Assembly: GCA_051294905.1 (NCBI GenBank)
Contig: CM119374.1
Coordinates: 19,344,001 to 19,408,000, forward strand
Direction: 5' to 3'
Source of the DNA: Botryllus schlosseri
Taxonomy: Eukaryota
DNA length: 64,000 bases
Made by a program: the position numbers and the translations under genes
Part shown: positions 49,285-63,703 of the stretch, piece by piece
How the letters are laid out: each line of letters opens with the position of its first letter
How positions within the stretch are numbered: the stretch's first letter is position 1
The notes under the pieces: model-generated
What the model saw: the letters and a program-made list of their open reading frames with translations, nothing else
The model's database searches: none
Told to the model about the DNA's origin: nothing

Positions 49285-50829
49285 CTGGGTAAAAAATGAT
49301 ATATTTCAACTCGAGTACAAGTAGAAGCAGCGATGTCCATAACATGTCAGACATATTTCAAATATGTTAAATATAGTCAAGTGGGAGTAGTAAATGAAAG
49401 CTCTGAAAACTACACAGCTAGTTTCAAAAGGTAGATTTGGTTGTGGGGAGTCGCTTACTTTTAGCTAATATTAAGATCTTAGCTGCTTTCACACCTTATT
49501 TAACATCCACTTATTTATCACAAAAGCTATTGCAGCTCGTTCCTTCATCAGTAACGCTAAAAGATTTTCAATTCAAACATATACACATATTGTGTGATCT
49601 TAATATTATCTATATCGTTGGGTATCGGCTCAACCAATTATACTTATAGCTGTTACTCGAAGGTGGCTACTTCCAAAATTGCAGTGTGCAGTGTCTCGAC
49701 TAAAATGACGTACCTATGACACTACATACGGATGCAATTTTCGAAAATATACTCAGCTTTCGGCAAGCTGTTTTCACATTCGCCAATGAAAGTGATGACA
49801 ACCTATCACAAAACTACTTTACAAAGTGTTGAAAGTAACTCGTTTTGGCTGAACTGTGAAGCAAAAGTGGAGTGGAAGTATTATGAAAAACAGTCACTGG
49901 AGTATATAGTACCAATGGGCAAATCCTTTGAATACTCAAAGAAATTAGACCAGCCTTGAAATGAACAATCCCGATGCAAACACCTGCAATGTCAAGACTG
50001 CAAATATGTAAATGATTTTTGCTTCAAAAAGAGCCGGATTACAACAAACTTAAAAATAACCACTGTAGCAGTACAAGTAGAGAAAACCTATTTCAAATTA
50101 CCAAGACAATATTAAAAGCGCGTCATTAAACCCTAGACTACATATATACAACGTGTACGCTACGCACAGGCACACATTACAAGCTCGAGAGTCGCCCAAA
50201 ACTAAAAATAGCATAGCATCAAATCCCGGATACACAGAGTGGCCCGTATTTCCCTGAAAAGCTAGCTGTTTATCATCACAAGCGACTTGCTTCAACGAAA
50301 CTAATTTGGTAGAATATACCGGTTGATCAGCACCAGTATTTTGCACCAATCTAATCTAAGACAGGAGATACTTTGAAAGTCACGCTGCGGGACTGCATTC
50401 AAGGTCATCATGACATTATCTACGATAAAAGTAATGTTTAACAAGACTTGACAAGGGTAGAGACCACAAGGAATCCACAATGATGGCAGCAATCACATAA
50501 GAGGTCCGTACTGAACAGCATTCATTGCTGGAGAAGATTTTCCAACAGAGCACATCCACGTATCGTGAATTAACCTTGAATTTCGAACCCAAATAAGGAT
50601 CTTGAGTGCTCTGGGAAAAATCTAATGAAGCTAAATGTTTTAAATTAGATCCGAAACGATCCTTGATCGATAAAAGCACTTCGCGATGCAGTACTACTTG
50701 GTTTCAAAGGACATTAGAGCATCGGCAATTCGGATTGGTTATATCAATGGAAGTTTACAACTGCATTTCATTTTAGGCTTATAACCTTCGCAATTGATAC
50801 ACAGTTATCACAACTGTATATGTATCGTA

Positions 50830-50978
50830 TTTGCACTGTTGATATACACAGTTCTTTTGAATTCTCGACTAGTTTTTGATCATTACCCCTGATGAGTGTC
50901 AGCCGAAAATATTTGGGCTAACTCTAATCTAGATATATCATTCAACTATATATTGAAGTCCTGTACCACCAAGAGTAT
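50830..50978 (+). mobile_element. Penelope-like terminal-repeat fragment with a hammerhead motif (50885-50917)
   Basis: ACCC-CTGATGA-G(tgtcagc)C-GAAA-ATAT-TT-GGG. The flanks match 27550-27640, and the reverse complement of about 26790-26820. Confidence 0.72.
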
Positions 50979-53900
50979 ATTAAATCAGTATTTTGATTCC
51001 ACGGATACTATTTTTAATCAAGGCATAAAAAGGATATTGAAATGACACACTGAATCATCTCACAATACTGAAGGCAGCGGGTGATTAAATAAATTATTTT
51101 TACCGCAACTAACTTACTTTCAAAATGTACATTAGATGGATCGAATAAACCAAACGGTTGTGTGAAGCCGGGGATCTTCACAGTCGGAAGTTATGTAGCA
51201 GTGCGAAGTGCGACTGTTGCATTATATTCTCTGAACACTGTGTAACTTGCATACAATGGTCTGCATTGGTGTTTTTGTCTCAGGGAATAACGATCTTTTA
51301 GTCCCAGTTCTACAGAAAATTATGAAATGAGTGTGGACTTTTTTTTGCCTTCTTGGAATTTAGTGTTGATGTCACGGAGTTGTAAGTGAACTAGAAGAAA
51401 ACTCAACATTATCCCTGTATGGCTATGGTTCCCAACCGGAGGGGAATATGGTTTCTGGTGAGGAATAGCAGCATTTGTTAAACATTATATACAGTTAACC
51501 GTTACCACTTAACTGCTCTTGAATGTATGTATCGAAAATTCACAAAACTCAAATTCACAAAAACTCATTTTTAACTCTGGATAATCAATGATGGCGTCAC
51601 AAACGCATCCAGCACGACCAGTATGACGTGTAATAACACTTTCGTTAAATGTTTAGGGTTACCAGTATTGGTTCACAATGCCTTTTATGCTGCAGTTATA
51701 GGCGATTGTCTTGCATACCGGTGTGGTTTTCCAATAGCAAGTCCTTGCTAAAAGTCTGGCCAAATGCTACGGAGGGGCCTTTTAAAGGGTATGTAGGAGT
51801 TTCGGGTAGTGGGGAATGAAAACTCGGAATAAATCTTAAGTGGGGAGTTAAGACAAAAAGGTTGGAAAATAAACGTATTTGACATTGGCTGTCTGGAGAG
51901 AATATTTACATGGCAAGTATCTCGAATCTCAACTTCAGATGATAACGCGAGAATTTTTTCATTTACTCAGCAATGATCCGCAAGCCGAATGAAACCATTT
52001 CAACATTGGTACATTAGGGCTGACGAAAAAAGCATTGGTCGTAGACTCGTAGTCGTAGAGTCCTTGTGCCGAATTATACAAATTATTTGTATTGCTACAT
52101 AAAGTAGATTCAACTTCCCTTACAAGTCTTCATTTGAACTTGTACTCAAATTTTACTCATTACTTCTAATTCTACAGTAGGAGCGTCAGCAAGCACCTAT
52201 TTCTACATCACATCAAAGTTTTAACGTTGAAAGAGGGACAAGCCTCACCACAATCTGACTTAACTCAGAGTTTTCAGAGATCATCACAGAATCGCACGTT
52301 TTGCGGGGGAATACGCCAGTTTCGTTAGCATCAAAGGCTACTGGACACATTGCTAAACTGGCAGGAAGCATCGCTCACGCGATATCCGCAAAGGCGCAAC
52401 CTCGCTCCCTGAATTATTAAATAGCTACCGTCCGTAGAATACAATGCTTTAAATTTTTGCCGTATATGCAGGCAACCAAAGTTATATCAATTTGGGAAAC
52501 ATCAGTTTGAGAAAGAAGAAAACATCGATCGCAGCCTGCAAGCGCATTTCAAACGATTCAAAAGTTGAACAAGGTCATGCCCAGCACTGTGGTTTAACGA
52601 CAAATATTGCATATCGTTTCGCTATCCGCAAATTTGGGGCACACTGAGGAAGGAATGTGTGGCACATTTTTGCAGTCTTTCCTGGCAGCTCAGAACCTAC
52701 GCTTAATGGCTTCTGGGTGAACAATGAACAGGACTTGGCAATGGAAAAATATATTGAAATATCAGCCAATCTTAACGTGCAATTAAAACTCTCGTGTGGT
52801 GGGCTACTAGCCTCTTCGACTAGTTTGCCTGAACTGGTGTGAGAGACTACACAACTGTCTTTCCCCAGCAACCATTTAGCAACGCGTATCTCTTATGTAC
52901 GATTTCTGTTATCTTGTCTGTTCAGCTCGAGAAAACTTAGCGATATGCTATTTCAGACAGCCTGTGTCGTGCAAGTTTACAATCACAACCTCAACAACTT
53001 CCTTTTCCTCTTTTTGACAAGCACTCGACCCACAGTCTGAGCACAAGCATCAAACTCCACTGAATCGCGACAGGGACCGGCCTGAAGTTTGTGACAATTC
53101 CAGCGAATTGTCATTAATTTGCTGCGCTGAGTATGTGTCAGACGGGCACCCATCACGGAAATAGAGCTAGTAATCACTATCACGGTATATCCTTCCGGAA
53201 AACCAACTTTGCAGAGAATAGTGCCCGGTCTCGCCTTTTTGCCGGGTAATTGATCAAACATTCGGATCAACAATGAGATTATTTAGAGGTCAAACTTTCT
53301 GCGGCACCCCACATGTGGCTCAATGTCAATGGAGTTCATCTCGAAAGTAACAAACTCACTCAGTTTAACAAGACACAACAATTCCTACTGGTCTCCTAAC
53401 ATAACTAAATATGCACACATATATAACAGTCAAGAACAGGCTAATAATATGCAAAACACATTGGCATGACACCAGTCAGCTTGGCTTACAGACGCAAAAG
53501 CCAGGATTATTGTCAACCCTCTGGGGACCGTCACAATCATCTCTGACCACTATGATTCAGCATAATATTTTTAGCTTACAAAGCTTGAGAGCAACCAAGA
53601 GTGCACTGGAACTGAATTTCAGTGATACATATTCAAAGCAGGAAATAATCTAAAACATTTCTCCTCAAGGAGTCGTTCGACCGTAAATCAACGGTGACCG
53701 GATAACTATTCTCTGGTTGGAATTTTATGACTGCCAATTTTGTTGTTCTGAGTAAGCACCTCCACAATTCTACTAGAAAAAACAACTTTCAAAGTTGGTG
53801 TGTACTTGAAGACTACGCAATATTCTCTCTTACTATCCAATGATGCAGGGATTATCGTCACGCTTGCTAGAAAAAAAATGAACATCGCAACAAGAGTTTG

Positions 53901-54376
53901 CATCTAACAACGTAAAATACGTAAGTTCCAATATCTGGGGTCGACTGTCAAATTGGCAAGACATACCATTGAATGTAATAGCGGATTAGGCGACCTTGGC
54001 AAAGAAAATTGGATTAGATAATCCTAAAGTAATCCAATAAGCTCCAGGGCGATAGGGATATTAAAATATCTTTGCAACGTTACGCATTGTTTGTCGCTTT
54101 CATAATTTATCAAGCAGGCCCGCCACTTGGTGTGGGGACGGCTTTTCCATTAACCGGCTGATGTTTATTTGAAGGAAACCTTTCTTTTCAATACCGAAAG
54201 TCGCCTTGGAATGTACAATGAAAACAAATCACCATGCTGACCTGCCGCTGATTGGGTTGTGTGGCTTGGCTCGGGTTTGCAACTTTGCCCTTGTGATCGT
54301 TTGACCGTAGTGGCACCTTAAAGACAAAAGTCACATCAGCAAATTCCGGGACGCCTCAAACTCGGAGGTGACTTAC

Positions 54377-54420
54377 CAAGTGCGTACCACCGGCGTCCTG
54401 TCCAATGGAAGCGCTTGTAC
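54377..54420 (-). CDS. TSC22D: Probable TSC22-family downstream exon (GTSASIGQDAGGTHL)
   Basis: TCCATCACAG acceptor and GTAAGT donor; phase 1-to-0 fits the neighbouring exons. Confidence 0.55.
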
Positions 54421-56336
54421 CTGTGATGGATATAAAAAAGTTGACAAAAAGACCACATGCCTTCGAGCTACATTCCTTCACATGCATGACGTAATGGCGC
54501 GCTGGCGAGCGCCCGTCAAGCACACACTTGAAATAAGATCTCAAATGAAAGATTACCAGTAAGCTTATAAAAACGCGGCGTCGAAAATGAAACGGGTGAT
54601 ACTGCGCGGTAAAAAGCGAAAGCCCGGCTTAAGGAGGAGCTGTGATTTGAAGAAATACATTATAATCGGAGGCTTTGACAGCGGGCATTGATAAGGTGGT
54701 ATAGATACGCTATTCTATCAATGTATCAAACGTTTTTGTGTGGAGTAGAATGAATTGACCAATTTTCAATTGCACAAGACACAAAACAATGAAGTCAATA
54801 AATTCATTCAATTGAACACCGTTAGGTACCAAGTAGAATAAATGAATATATATATATTATACACACAATACAGAAAACAGTGGAAAAGCTACAAAAATTT
54901 ATTTAATTTTACACCATTACCTACTGAAGAACAATATATGAATATAAGCTTTCATCACGACATCCATAGCGATAATATATTTGTTACACCCAGACTTTTC
55001 GAGTGTCTCTTATCAGGAGTTATTGCACAGGAAAGGGATTTAAAAGTGAAACCAATATAGCAATGTATGACGTCACTAACTCTCCATAACAGACACCTGA
55101 ATAGTCTTCAAGTTATAATAAATGCATCCTGGTAATGGGTGCTGCGATGAGTTTTATATTCACATATTCTTCTTAAGTACCGCGCAGTGTTCAATGGTCT
55201 GAAATTTTTGTGCTTATCCACTGTTTGTGACTAAAGCAGGTTAAGTTCTGCAACCAATTATGAACATAAGCACGAGACAAAGACCAGTGGAGGAGTTGAT
55301 AAGTTCATTCAATTGAACTGAACACCATTACGTAGTAGACAAGAATATAAGATTAGAACAAGAGTGGCAAAATCGGACTGCTATGCGTTACATTGCAATA
55401 ATCGACACACAGCGGATAACGCAGAGGGTATTATTTAGGATCGAAATGGAGAAAATATTTTGTTCCGATAGCATCCATGTATTTCAAATATGTTCATTCC
55501 GCCTGGAGGCGGATTTCGCCCAGACCTACAAATACCAGACAACGAAACGAAGACGGTAAAACCTACAAAGGTGGGATTCTATTTATAAGATACTTTCAAG
55601 ATGATGTTGAAAAGCACGAAAATAAGTCCAAATCATGTGGCGATGTAGTTTCTAGCTCGAGGCAAATCAACAAGGCAAGGAATCACCACGAGCGTACAAA
55701 TACACAGTATAACACATGAATGAGCATGAGCATGAGCTAAATAGGGCAAACTGCCATAAGCTAGTGGCTAACACAGCAAAAATTGATATGATTCCTACAA
55801 AACGAGGCAAATGTCAGGACATCGCTATGTACTAAATTTTACACACAGGCATGATTTATGATTAGATAGATTGCAGCACTATCCAGAATGTGAATTTTAT
55901 GTGAAAGCAACGCCCTCTACTATGTTTCATGCTTCGCATAATCCTACAACCACAGTGTTATCGATTGCAAACAGATATACTCAGCTACATGGGTCGCTCA
56001 TTAAGCATGACGGCATATCGAGAAGGTTTATGTAAGATTACATAGTTGCTTATTATTCAGCAAAAGATGGTAATCTGTTGATAATAAGATAAACAGTTCA
56101 CCAGATTGTATCTGAATGTAAGCCATGCATCAGAGCCTGGATATAGGAATACTAGAGTTTTCTATGGAGTAGCAGTTAACGGCAGATAACATTATCAATC
56201 CGGTGATCTTGGGCCTATACATGTCCATTGCTCGTAGAACTTGAAACAATGTTAAGGTTGACTCATGGCTCAACGATGTAGCACCATAAACATGTTATTA
56301 CCACCACAACATACTATTGGATAAGCCTGTACGTAC

Positions 56337-56400
56337 CTTTCTGAGAAAGAGCATCGACAGTGCTTGACGTAGTTGATAATGATTCAGAGCTGGGTGAATT
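56337..56400 (-). CDS. TSC22D: Probable TSC22-family downstream exon (NSPSSESLSTTSSTVDALSQK)
   Basis: TTACATCTAG acceptor and AAG|GTACGT donor; phase 0-to-1. Confidence 0.55.
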
Positions 56401-58970
56401 CTAGATGTAATAATACACAAGTTCTCAAACACATTGAAATTGAATCACAATAGAAAAGCTTGTACCGATGCAGACACCCTTTGTTCTCCGTTTTCTTGAC
56501 TTGTACTGGCTGGAATATCCTAGAATAGTTTGAAAGCGTTACTGGGATACTGCGCCAACTGCGGACGTATTAGGATATAATTAGGCGCACGGCCAAAGGA
56601 AATATCCCAAGTATAACATTACCAGCTAAATGCAAATAGTTAGTCATTAGTAGGGCAAGTCTTTGCAACTTTTTTTACAGCTTTCGACAGCTTCCTAGAT
56701 ACTCAGAATCGATGTACTATGATGTTTTAAGCTGTTTGGAGGGATTATATATTGCAACTTTTTGGAACTTTTCTATTTTTCATACCAATTTTTACTGCAA
56801 CTTTTGTATGATATATTTCTTTAAAATGTGAAGGAGTGATACAAAAACATGCTATAAACTATTTCTAGTAGGGTTCTATTCTCTTTGATTTGCATAACAA
56901 AGCGATATATGATGGGTTAGCTGCATCTCTCTATCCAGGACACAATGACTTGCAAGCAAGAACTTAACTACCCTGCCAAGCATGACCGTGCCCGAACAAT
57001 ATGTAAATAGATCGCGTTATTATTTCTGTCGTATAAATTTGAGATAGTTTCCCATTTCACGAACGCCCAGGCGACACAACCGAAAATTACATTTCCACTA
57101 GGTCACCGTTATCTTGAAGTTGTTAAAGTCGCCAAGTGTGAGTTTTTCTGCAACGCCTCGGGTCAAGTTTGCAGACTTGGGGGCTTGGGGTGCGTTAATT
57201 GACTTGTTTTAGGAGGTGGTGATCACTATGCTTCTTGGGCAATGAGTTTCTTGTTGCGTACCGGCAAAAATGCAATTTTGGCGTTATCGCCAGAATGTCC
57301 GTATAGTGCTAAAGTAACAAATTTGAAAGCTCTGAAGGAAATCATAGGTTAAACAACGGAACCTTTCGAGTATCTCATACCCTACTAATTCAACAAAAAT
57401 TATAACTGCAACTTTTTATCGCAACATTTGTCAAAATTAATTGCAACATTCTCGCGATTTTAGTGCGACAAAAACTTGCCCTAGTTCCTGGTACAATTAG
57501 CCTAGACGTGCATCGTTGAGCGCCATTGATTAAAAGACGGAAACTTATCTAAATTGTCTCCATTCCGTATCTAGTCACAGAAAACGGAAACTGACAAACG
57601 TGGCACATCAACTACCGGTATTTGAATAAGACGCATTCAAGTCGAAACCTAACAAAACTATCGATGATGCAAACTTCACACAGGTGCGCACTGCACTCGT
57701 GGGTGTTCCTGACAGCGAAACAAAACTTTGATGGATATGATCGCATCACAATATGGCTATTAATAACGCAGGCAAGAGTCGCTATTGCTTCCTCGAAGGC
57801 ATTGCTAATCACTACATACTAATGAAGTCTAATTGGAAGCAGGGAAGTGTTGACAAATTTCCGATCAATTCTTTTGCAAATGCAACATGACAGGTTTGCA
57901 GGCTGTGTAATCTGGCAACTCTAGTATTACTAGGCTCATCCACACACAAAATTATGACGGGGGGCCTCGTACTTCGACTTTCTTGACGACAGTCTAGATA
58001 AGACAGCTCCATCCAATGTGATGCAAGGGTTATTCCACTGCGATACCAGTCTTAAAAACAGCTCAAACTGCTCCATGCTCAAATTTCCAAAATTTCCATA
58101 CTTCAACCATCAGATTGAAGTTTGTGATTTAAACTCTTGCATCCAGCTGGCAACTACCAGACTACTTTACTACAGGAATCGGCATGATTGTGTCAGCTCC
58201 CGACACATCGAACACAACGAATGGACAAGAAAGTTGGACTGTACGTGGCATCGGTTACAGACTGTTTTGCATTCAGTTTTTAAAATATATTTTCTGTTCA
58301 ATTCCATGGCTTTATTGAAAAACTTGTGCCTCTGAAATACAGATGAATACCACAGATAGCACTATGCACTAGTGCCGTTACATTTCATACACTAGTACAA
58401 TTACAGGAAAGAAGAACCATCAAAACTCTCGAAGATTTTATAATTCAACCATTAGGCCTATGCATATACGCACGACGAAGCAGGCAGCACCCCTCTTGTA
58501 GAAAGCCTCACAGAAGAAATATGTGTTTCACAAGGATATAATCACAGCATATTGGCATCCGTAAGTGTACCAAAAGCTTTGTTGGATCACAGGACTAGTC
58601 TAACGAGTGAGAAAAGTGCGAGTGAGGATGTTTGATCAATATTGCTACGAAAATAATGTGGCAGTAAGGATTTCGGCAGTGAAAAACAAAATGGTACTAG
58701 TGCTGAAACACAGTGACAATTGTGGTGTGCATCACTCTCACGATGTCAACTCTGACTAATACCCGACAAAAGCTTCGGACTAAGAAAATACAGTACGTGA
58801 TCAGTGACCAATTTTCGCCAGCGAAAATCCAATTAATCACCAAACCGCTGACTTTATATAAAAAAAACAGTGTCGCAAAGACCCCAAGAAAACATATTCA
58901 ATAATCAACATGTTCGTTTTAAAAACGATCAGAACACGATTGGAGGCCGGATACAGCGAAAGCCACACGG

Positions 58971-59198
58971 TCAATAGACCAACACCCAGACAAAATATAC
59001 CTTGGGCGGGGAATGGCTGGGCTTTACTTGAGATGGTAAGTCGACGGGTAATTTTGAACGTAGCTCCTTATTTTCCGCTTTTAACCGGTTCGTTTCGTCG
59101 GTCAAATTTGCAATCGTCTCATCCAATTCCTTAATTTTCTCTTTAAGTTCGTCAACCTCGTCGCGTACGGCTGACATGAGATGCTTCTTGACCAGATC
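58971..59198 (-). CDS. TSC22D: TSC-box/leucine zipper exon (DLVKKHLMSAVRDEVDELKEKIKEL...); donor at 59001, or read-through to the stop at 58971
   Basis: Matches the TSC box DLVKSHLMxAVREEVEVLKEQIKEL; TTTTTTGACAG acceptor. Confidence 0.93.
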   Translation of the reverse strand, partial: DLVKKHLMSAVRDEVDELKEKIKELDETIANLTDETNRLKAENKELRSKLPVDLPSQVKPSHSPPKVYFVWVLVY

Positions 59199-60959
59199 CT
59201 GTCAAAAAAAAATTCGGTATTAAATATTCGTAGATCATACGTGGCAGGATAAATTTGGATTCGGAATAAATTCGTAACGCGCCACCAATATCGAGCAATG
59301 AGCACGCAATTTCGATGATTCCGACATTGTCGCAAGACAAATTTGACAAGCTCGCCCTGTATTATCCAATCTATCACGACGACTAGTACACGAAACATTT
59401 CAATGAGCATTTTGATTCTAGAAGACTTTCCCTACAGCATGACCCTGACCGACCCTTAAATATTTAATTGACCAATTTAAAATAAAGAGGAAGATTCGTG
59501 AGCTATTGCGGAATATCAATTATTTCTCGACACACAACATTAGCGATTAATATCCAACTCCGATTTACACTCTTCAAATTCAGCAATAGCAATTATATCT
59601 GCATAAAACCTTATAGTAAACAAAACCTAGTGCATCCTACCGGGATTCGAAAGACATTAGCGATTCAGCCTGTTTCAAGAATTGATGAGGTGACTCAAAA
59701 GAATGATGTGATGCAATTTTTAAAGTATAATTAATAATTATGCTGTATGTTTCCTTCCAATTTTCATAAAATTATTTCATACGATTTTAATTACTGCGAC
59801 TCGCAAAAGTGAGACAACCAATAATCTGGAAACAGTGCTTTCATCTCAACATTCATTGCAAGAATTTGCTATATGTCAGATTAAAAAGTGAAACCAACAT
59901 GGCAACGTATGTCGCAACAGACCTACGAACCATGAAATTCAAAATTTTTTATCCCGATATAATTATTGCAACACTAAAGGTAAATCCACATACAACATAC
60001 ATAAAACAAAGCAAACTAATGGGAGATTTGTAAGTTATATCGAATATCTTTTTGTATACATAACTGGGATAGTTTTGTGCATGAGAAAGATTCTCACTCA
60101 AATGCTGACCAATCCACAAAGTGTGTGCGGTGAAATCGTCAGTATGAACCGTTTTTTTAATATGTTTGCAACAGCGTACACATGTTTCGGAGTGGATTAA
60201 TTTAAGAACACTAACTGCTGCCCATACAAAGGTATAAATGATCATTTCTCAAAATTCGCAAAGAGCTAGTATGCATTTCAATGATGCCTAAATGTGTGAA
60301 TCCTGTAGTTTTCATTGGAAGACTATTCAAAAACTTCCATTGTGAGCTAAGGCTCACAGGTAGGTAGAACAAACAACGGACAATTATAGAGGCTTCATAA
60401 AATACATCGACAGCGCAAAATATTTTCCTCGACTTTGCGTACAATATTTGATCAAGGGACCGCAAATAAATTTCGAATCTTTGTCTAGCCGGGAATTTTG
60501 TGAGGAATACCGTGAGCGAACAACATACTAGGTGCGATTCATGAACAGTGAAATCACCAGTCACTCGACTACGGAAGCTCAGCACAATCATATTTTCCAC
60601 AGGGTACATTGAAACCAGTACAGGAATCAACTGCTTCTGCATATATGCTTACAATAAACAATAGACATGGGAGGATATCCTAGGGGGCGTGTCGAGTTTG
60701 GAGAGCTGGCGGTGTTAACAGTGGTCCCACTGCCTGTTTACTGACACCCCGAGAATGCCGGCACAATTTATTAGCTGTTGTATAATGATCTAATAGTACC
60801 AAAGCTGTCAAGATTTTATTACAAGCTGTGGTATTCTTTGCTCACATCGAAAAGAGTATCTCAACTAACACCTGATTGTTTTTAATTTGACAAAAAATAA
60901 TGGAACAGCCAAAATTGGTGAGATGCTCATCAGAAATCGTGCACAGTCACATATCTCAC

Positions 60960-61008
60960 CATTGCGGCTTCAATCTTGTTATCAATTTTCTGTGTCCGAG
61001 CTTCTACA
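60960..61008 (-). CDS. TSC22D: TSC-box exon (VEARTQKIDNKIEAAM)
   Basis: IDNKIEQAM motif; TTTCAG / ATG|GTGAG at the conserved M|D intron position. Confidence 0.93.
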
Positions 61009-61662
61009 CTGAAATAAAATGGCAAGTTGTTTGCGAATTCCCTATAAAGATGGGCTTTTACGAGGGAGCGATTCGAAGACACAAAAAACCGACCGGGGCC
61101 TACGATAACTTGACATAACTAAGTTATCGTAAGCGCCGTACCGACACTGTCATAGATTGCTTTTCCAAACATCTGCTTTATCGAAACCAGCACTATCGAT
61201 TGTCAATATTTTAGAAAATCACTAACCAACAGCAAACAATGTATTAAAGCACCGATATGAAGTCATTTTAAACACACACAGCATTAAACCCACAAACTTG
61301 CGTAGAAGGTAACATTCCTTAGTGAACACATAGTGTAGCTGGATAGTGGATGAGTCAAATGGTAAGCAAACTTAAAACACTCTATTCCGGCTCAAGTAAC
61401 GTTTAAACAGAGGCATGCGGATATTGATAGCGTTGGCATTAAATAAGCCTAGTGCTAGCAAACGTACAAATACATAATTTGCAGCTAACAGCACGATAAA
61501 AGAGCATAACTCCAAGGTATTTCTTAATTTTCACCAAAACTACGGTACCATAAATGATGCATGTAAAACACAGTTCTACACCAGCCCAAAATTGACAGGA
61601 CAGGGGCCAAGAAGAGACGAAATACTCTGTACTCTGCACAACATACTAAAATACATATATAC

Positions 61663-61755
61663 CTTGTGTCACCAGTAGCGGCATCACCGGACGTGCCCGC
61701 GGCATAACTGCTGATGGCCGATTTCAGAGCATCATTCATCACCGACTTATTGCTC
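61663..61755 (-). CDS. TSC22D: TSC22-family internal exon (SNKSVMNDALKSAISSYAAGTSGDAATGDT)
   Basis: TTTTTCAG / AAG|GTATAT; symmetric phase 2, 93 nt. Confidence 0.72.
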
Positions 61756-63090
61756 CTGAAAAATGCGTGACATTCAACGATTACTAGGTCTACCACGACT
61801 TATGCAAGAAAATACATATGCCACATATGCCGTCGATATAACTGACAATTTCATTCAGACCTACTGACGGTTAACTTTGCTTTTTATAAACACCTGTAGG
61901 GATAGCAATGATCGATGGGGTACCACAGGATAGGTTACTTGCTACTTCATTCAAAAGAATTTTGTATCAGTATGATTTATGTTATTCGAATCAGACATGG
62001 TTTGGTGGTAATCAGATCAGAAAAATATGTGCTCAAAAAGGTGTTTGCATCAGGATTGAGACAGCCGTTAGAATAGATTCATAACTGGAACGAATCAACT
62101 TTTTTCAACATTTTGAAGCGAGTCATTTCACAACAACGGCATCCGGATATGCGAATGTAAAACAACGGTACGGTTTCCAAGACTTTTCCGAACATTTGTT
62201 CATGATCAATCCCAACCCACCATAACAGCAAGGCAATTTCACAAACAGCAGAAAGTAATCAATCAAAAAATCAACATGAAAAACAGGTAAACACACATAT
62301 TCCGGTCTCTCAAGTGCCTTAAATGCAAAACTACACAGCTCTAACAATAGTAGGGCCTAACACACACACACATACAATGCCAGCCAAACATTAGTTCCAA
62401 CTTATCTACAGCTGTGCTTGGCAAACATGGGGTACCTGCAACCAGAGTAATGGTATCGATTATTTTGCATATATATATATAATTTATTGCTTTATAACAA
62501 AGACGATCATTCAACTTTTTAGTATTCAAAGGACCATGACATCCATAAACTCAACACTGAATAGCGTGATGTATCAAATTGCTGACAGTAGCAATATCGG
62601 GTTTGTAAAACTCACACTACTCATTATCCCATCAACAGTGTAAGCAACATATGCTCATTAATTGGGTCGTGCCAAATTATGTGATGTAGAGAGTAAATGT
62701 CATAATTTTCCAAATTATGTTCTCCAAGATGCAGTCTCATCTCAATCGTTGTCGGCTACGAACACAGGTATGTTTAATGCTTAAATTTTCAAGTAAGTGA
62801 AAAAGATGTAAACGTGAATAATCAGGAATACTTTACCATTCGATGGTATTCAATTACTGAGAGATTTTGCTGTAAGTGTAATAGTGCGTTACAGAAGTAA
62901 TGATAATCGCAATCGATTACATCAATGCAGTGACCGTCCTATGTCTGGTGTGGTAGGACTATGGTTACTGCGGGACGAACTCTGGTACTGTACTTGCACA
63001 AATACAGGAGTTGAAAACAAAGTTGGGCAGTTTTGCCCACTGGCATTGCAGTTATATAAAGCTTGGCGAGTTCCAAGAGGAGCCTTGAAC

Positions 63091-63518
63091 CAGGATTGTA
63101 ACCAAGTCGGAAGGCTCCGAGTCACAAGTCAATCTCACTTTTATAGTTTTGACTCGAGTAAGTCGAGTCATTTTCAAGTCACCACCGAGTCAAGTCCGAG
63201 TCCAAGTTGGCGAGCAGAGGGTCGAGTCCGAGTCATTGTGTTGACTTCTCAGTTTCCAGTTAAAGTCTTGTTTACCCACTTTTTATAACTCATTTATAAT
63301 GTAGGCTACTAATGTTCCTCACATTTAGCATATTAGTACCAACCAATAGACGAAATCTCAATAGTGTAGTTACCTTACTATTTTTCAAAATCACAATGAA
63401 ATGTCGGTCTTGGCCCGTCTGAGTCTCGAGTCGTATGACTTGTTTAGAGTCACACAAATTGACTCGAGTCGAATCATTTCCGTGTTTTGAGAAAATGACT
63501 CGAGTCATTACAACCCTG
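63091..63518 (+). mobile_element. GACTCGAGTC-family MITE in the TSC22 intron
   Basis: Ends CAGGATTGTAA / TTACAACCCTG; homologous to about 38040-38460. No matching TSD. Confidence 0.7.
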
Positions 63519-63703
63519 GGTGAGATTACGGTTTCCGCGAGATGACTGTGGTACTGTATTTGTACACATAGTTGACAACAAAGTTGGGCAGTTTTGCCCG
63601 CTCGCATTGCAGGTATATTGAGTGGCGGGTTCGGAAAGGAACCTTGAACCATCCGTGCAAAAGAGATACTGTTCACAAACAAACGACACATTTTTCTACT
63701 GAC

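Noticed and set aside
53706-53903. ORF with a signal-peptide-like start (MQTLVAMFIFFLAS) right after an AG
   Set aside because: It could be an alternative phase-0 last exon of the TSC22 gene, but there is no homology or compositional support.
59243-59356. Exon-like block with three open frames upstream of the TSC-box exon
   Set aside because: The genuine IDNKIEAAM exon was found at 60960-61008 and splices directly; this block has no TSC homology and the wrong phase.
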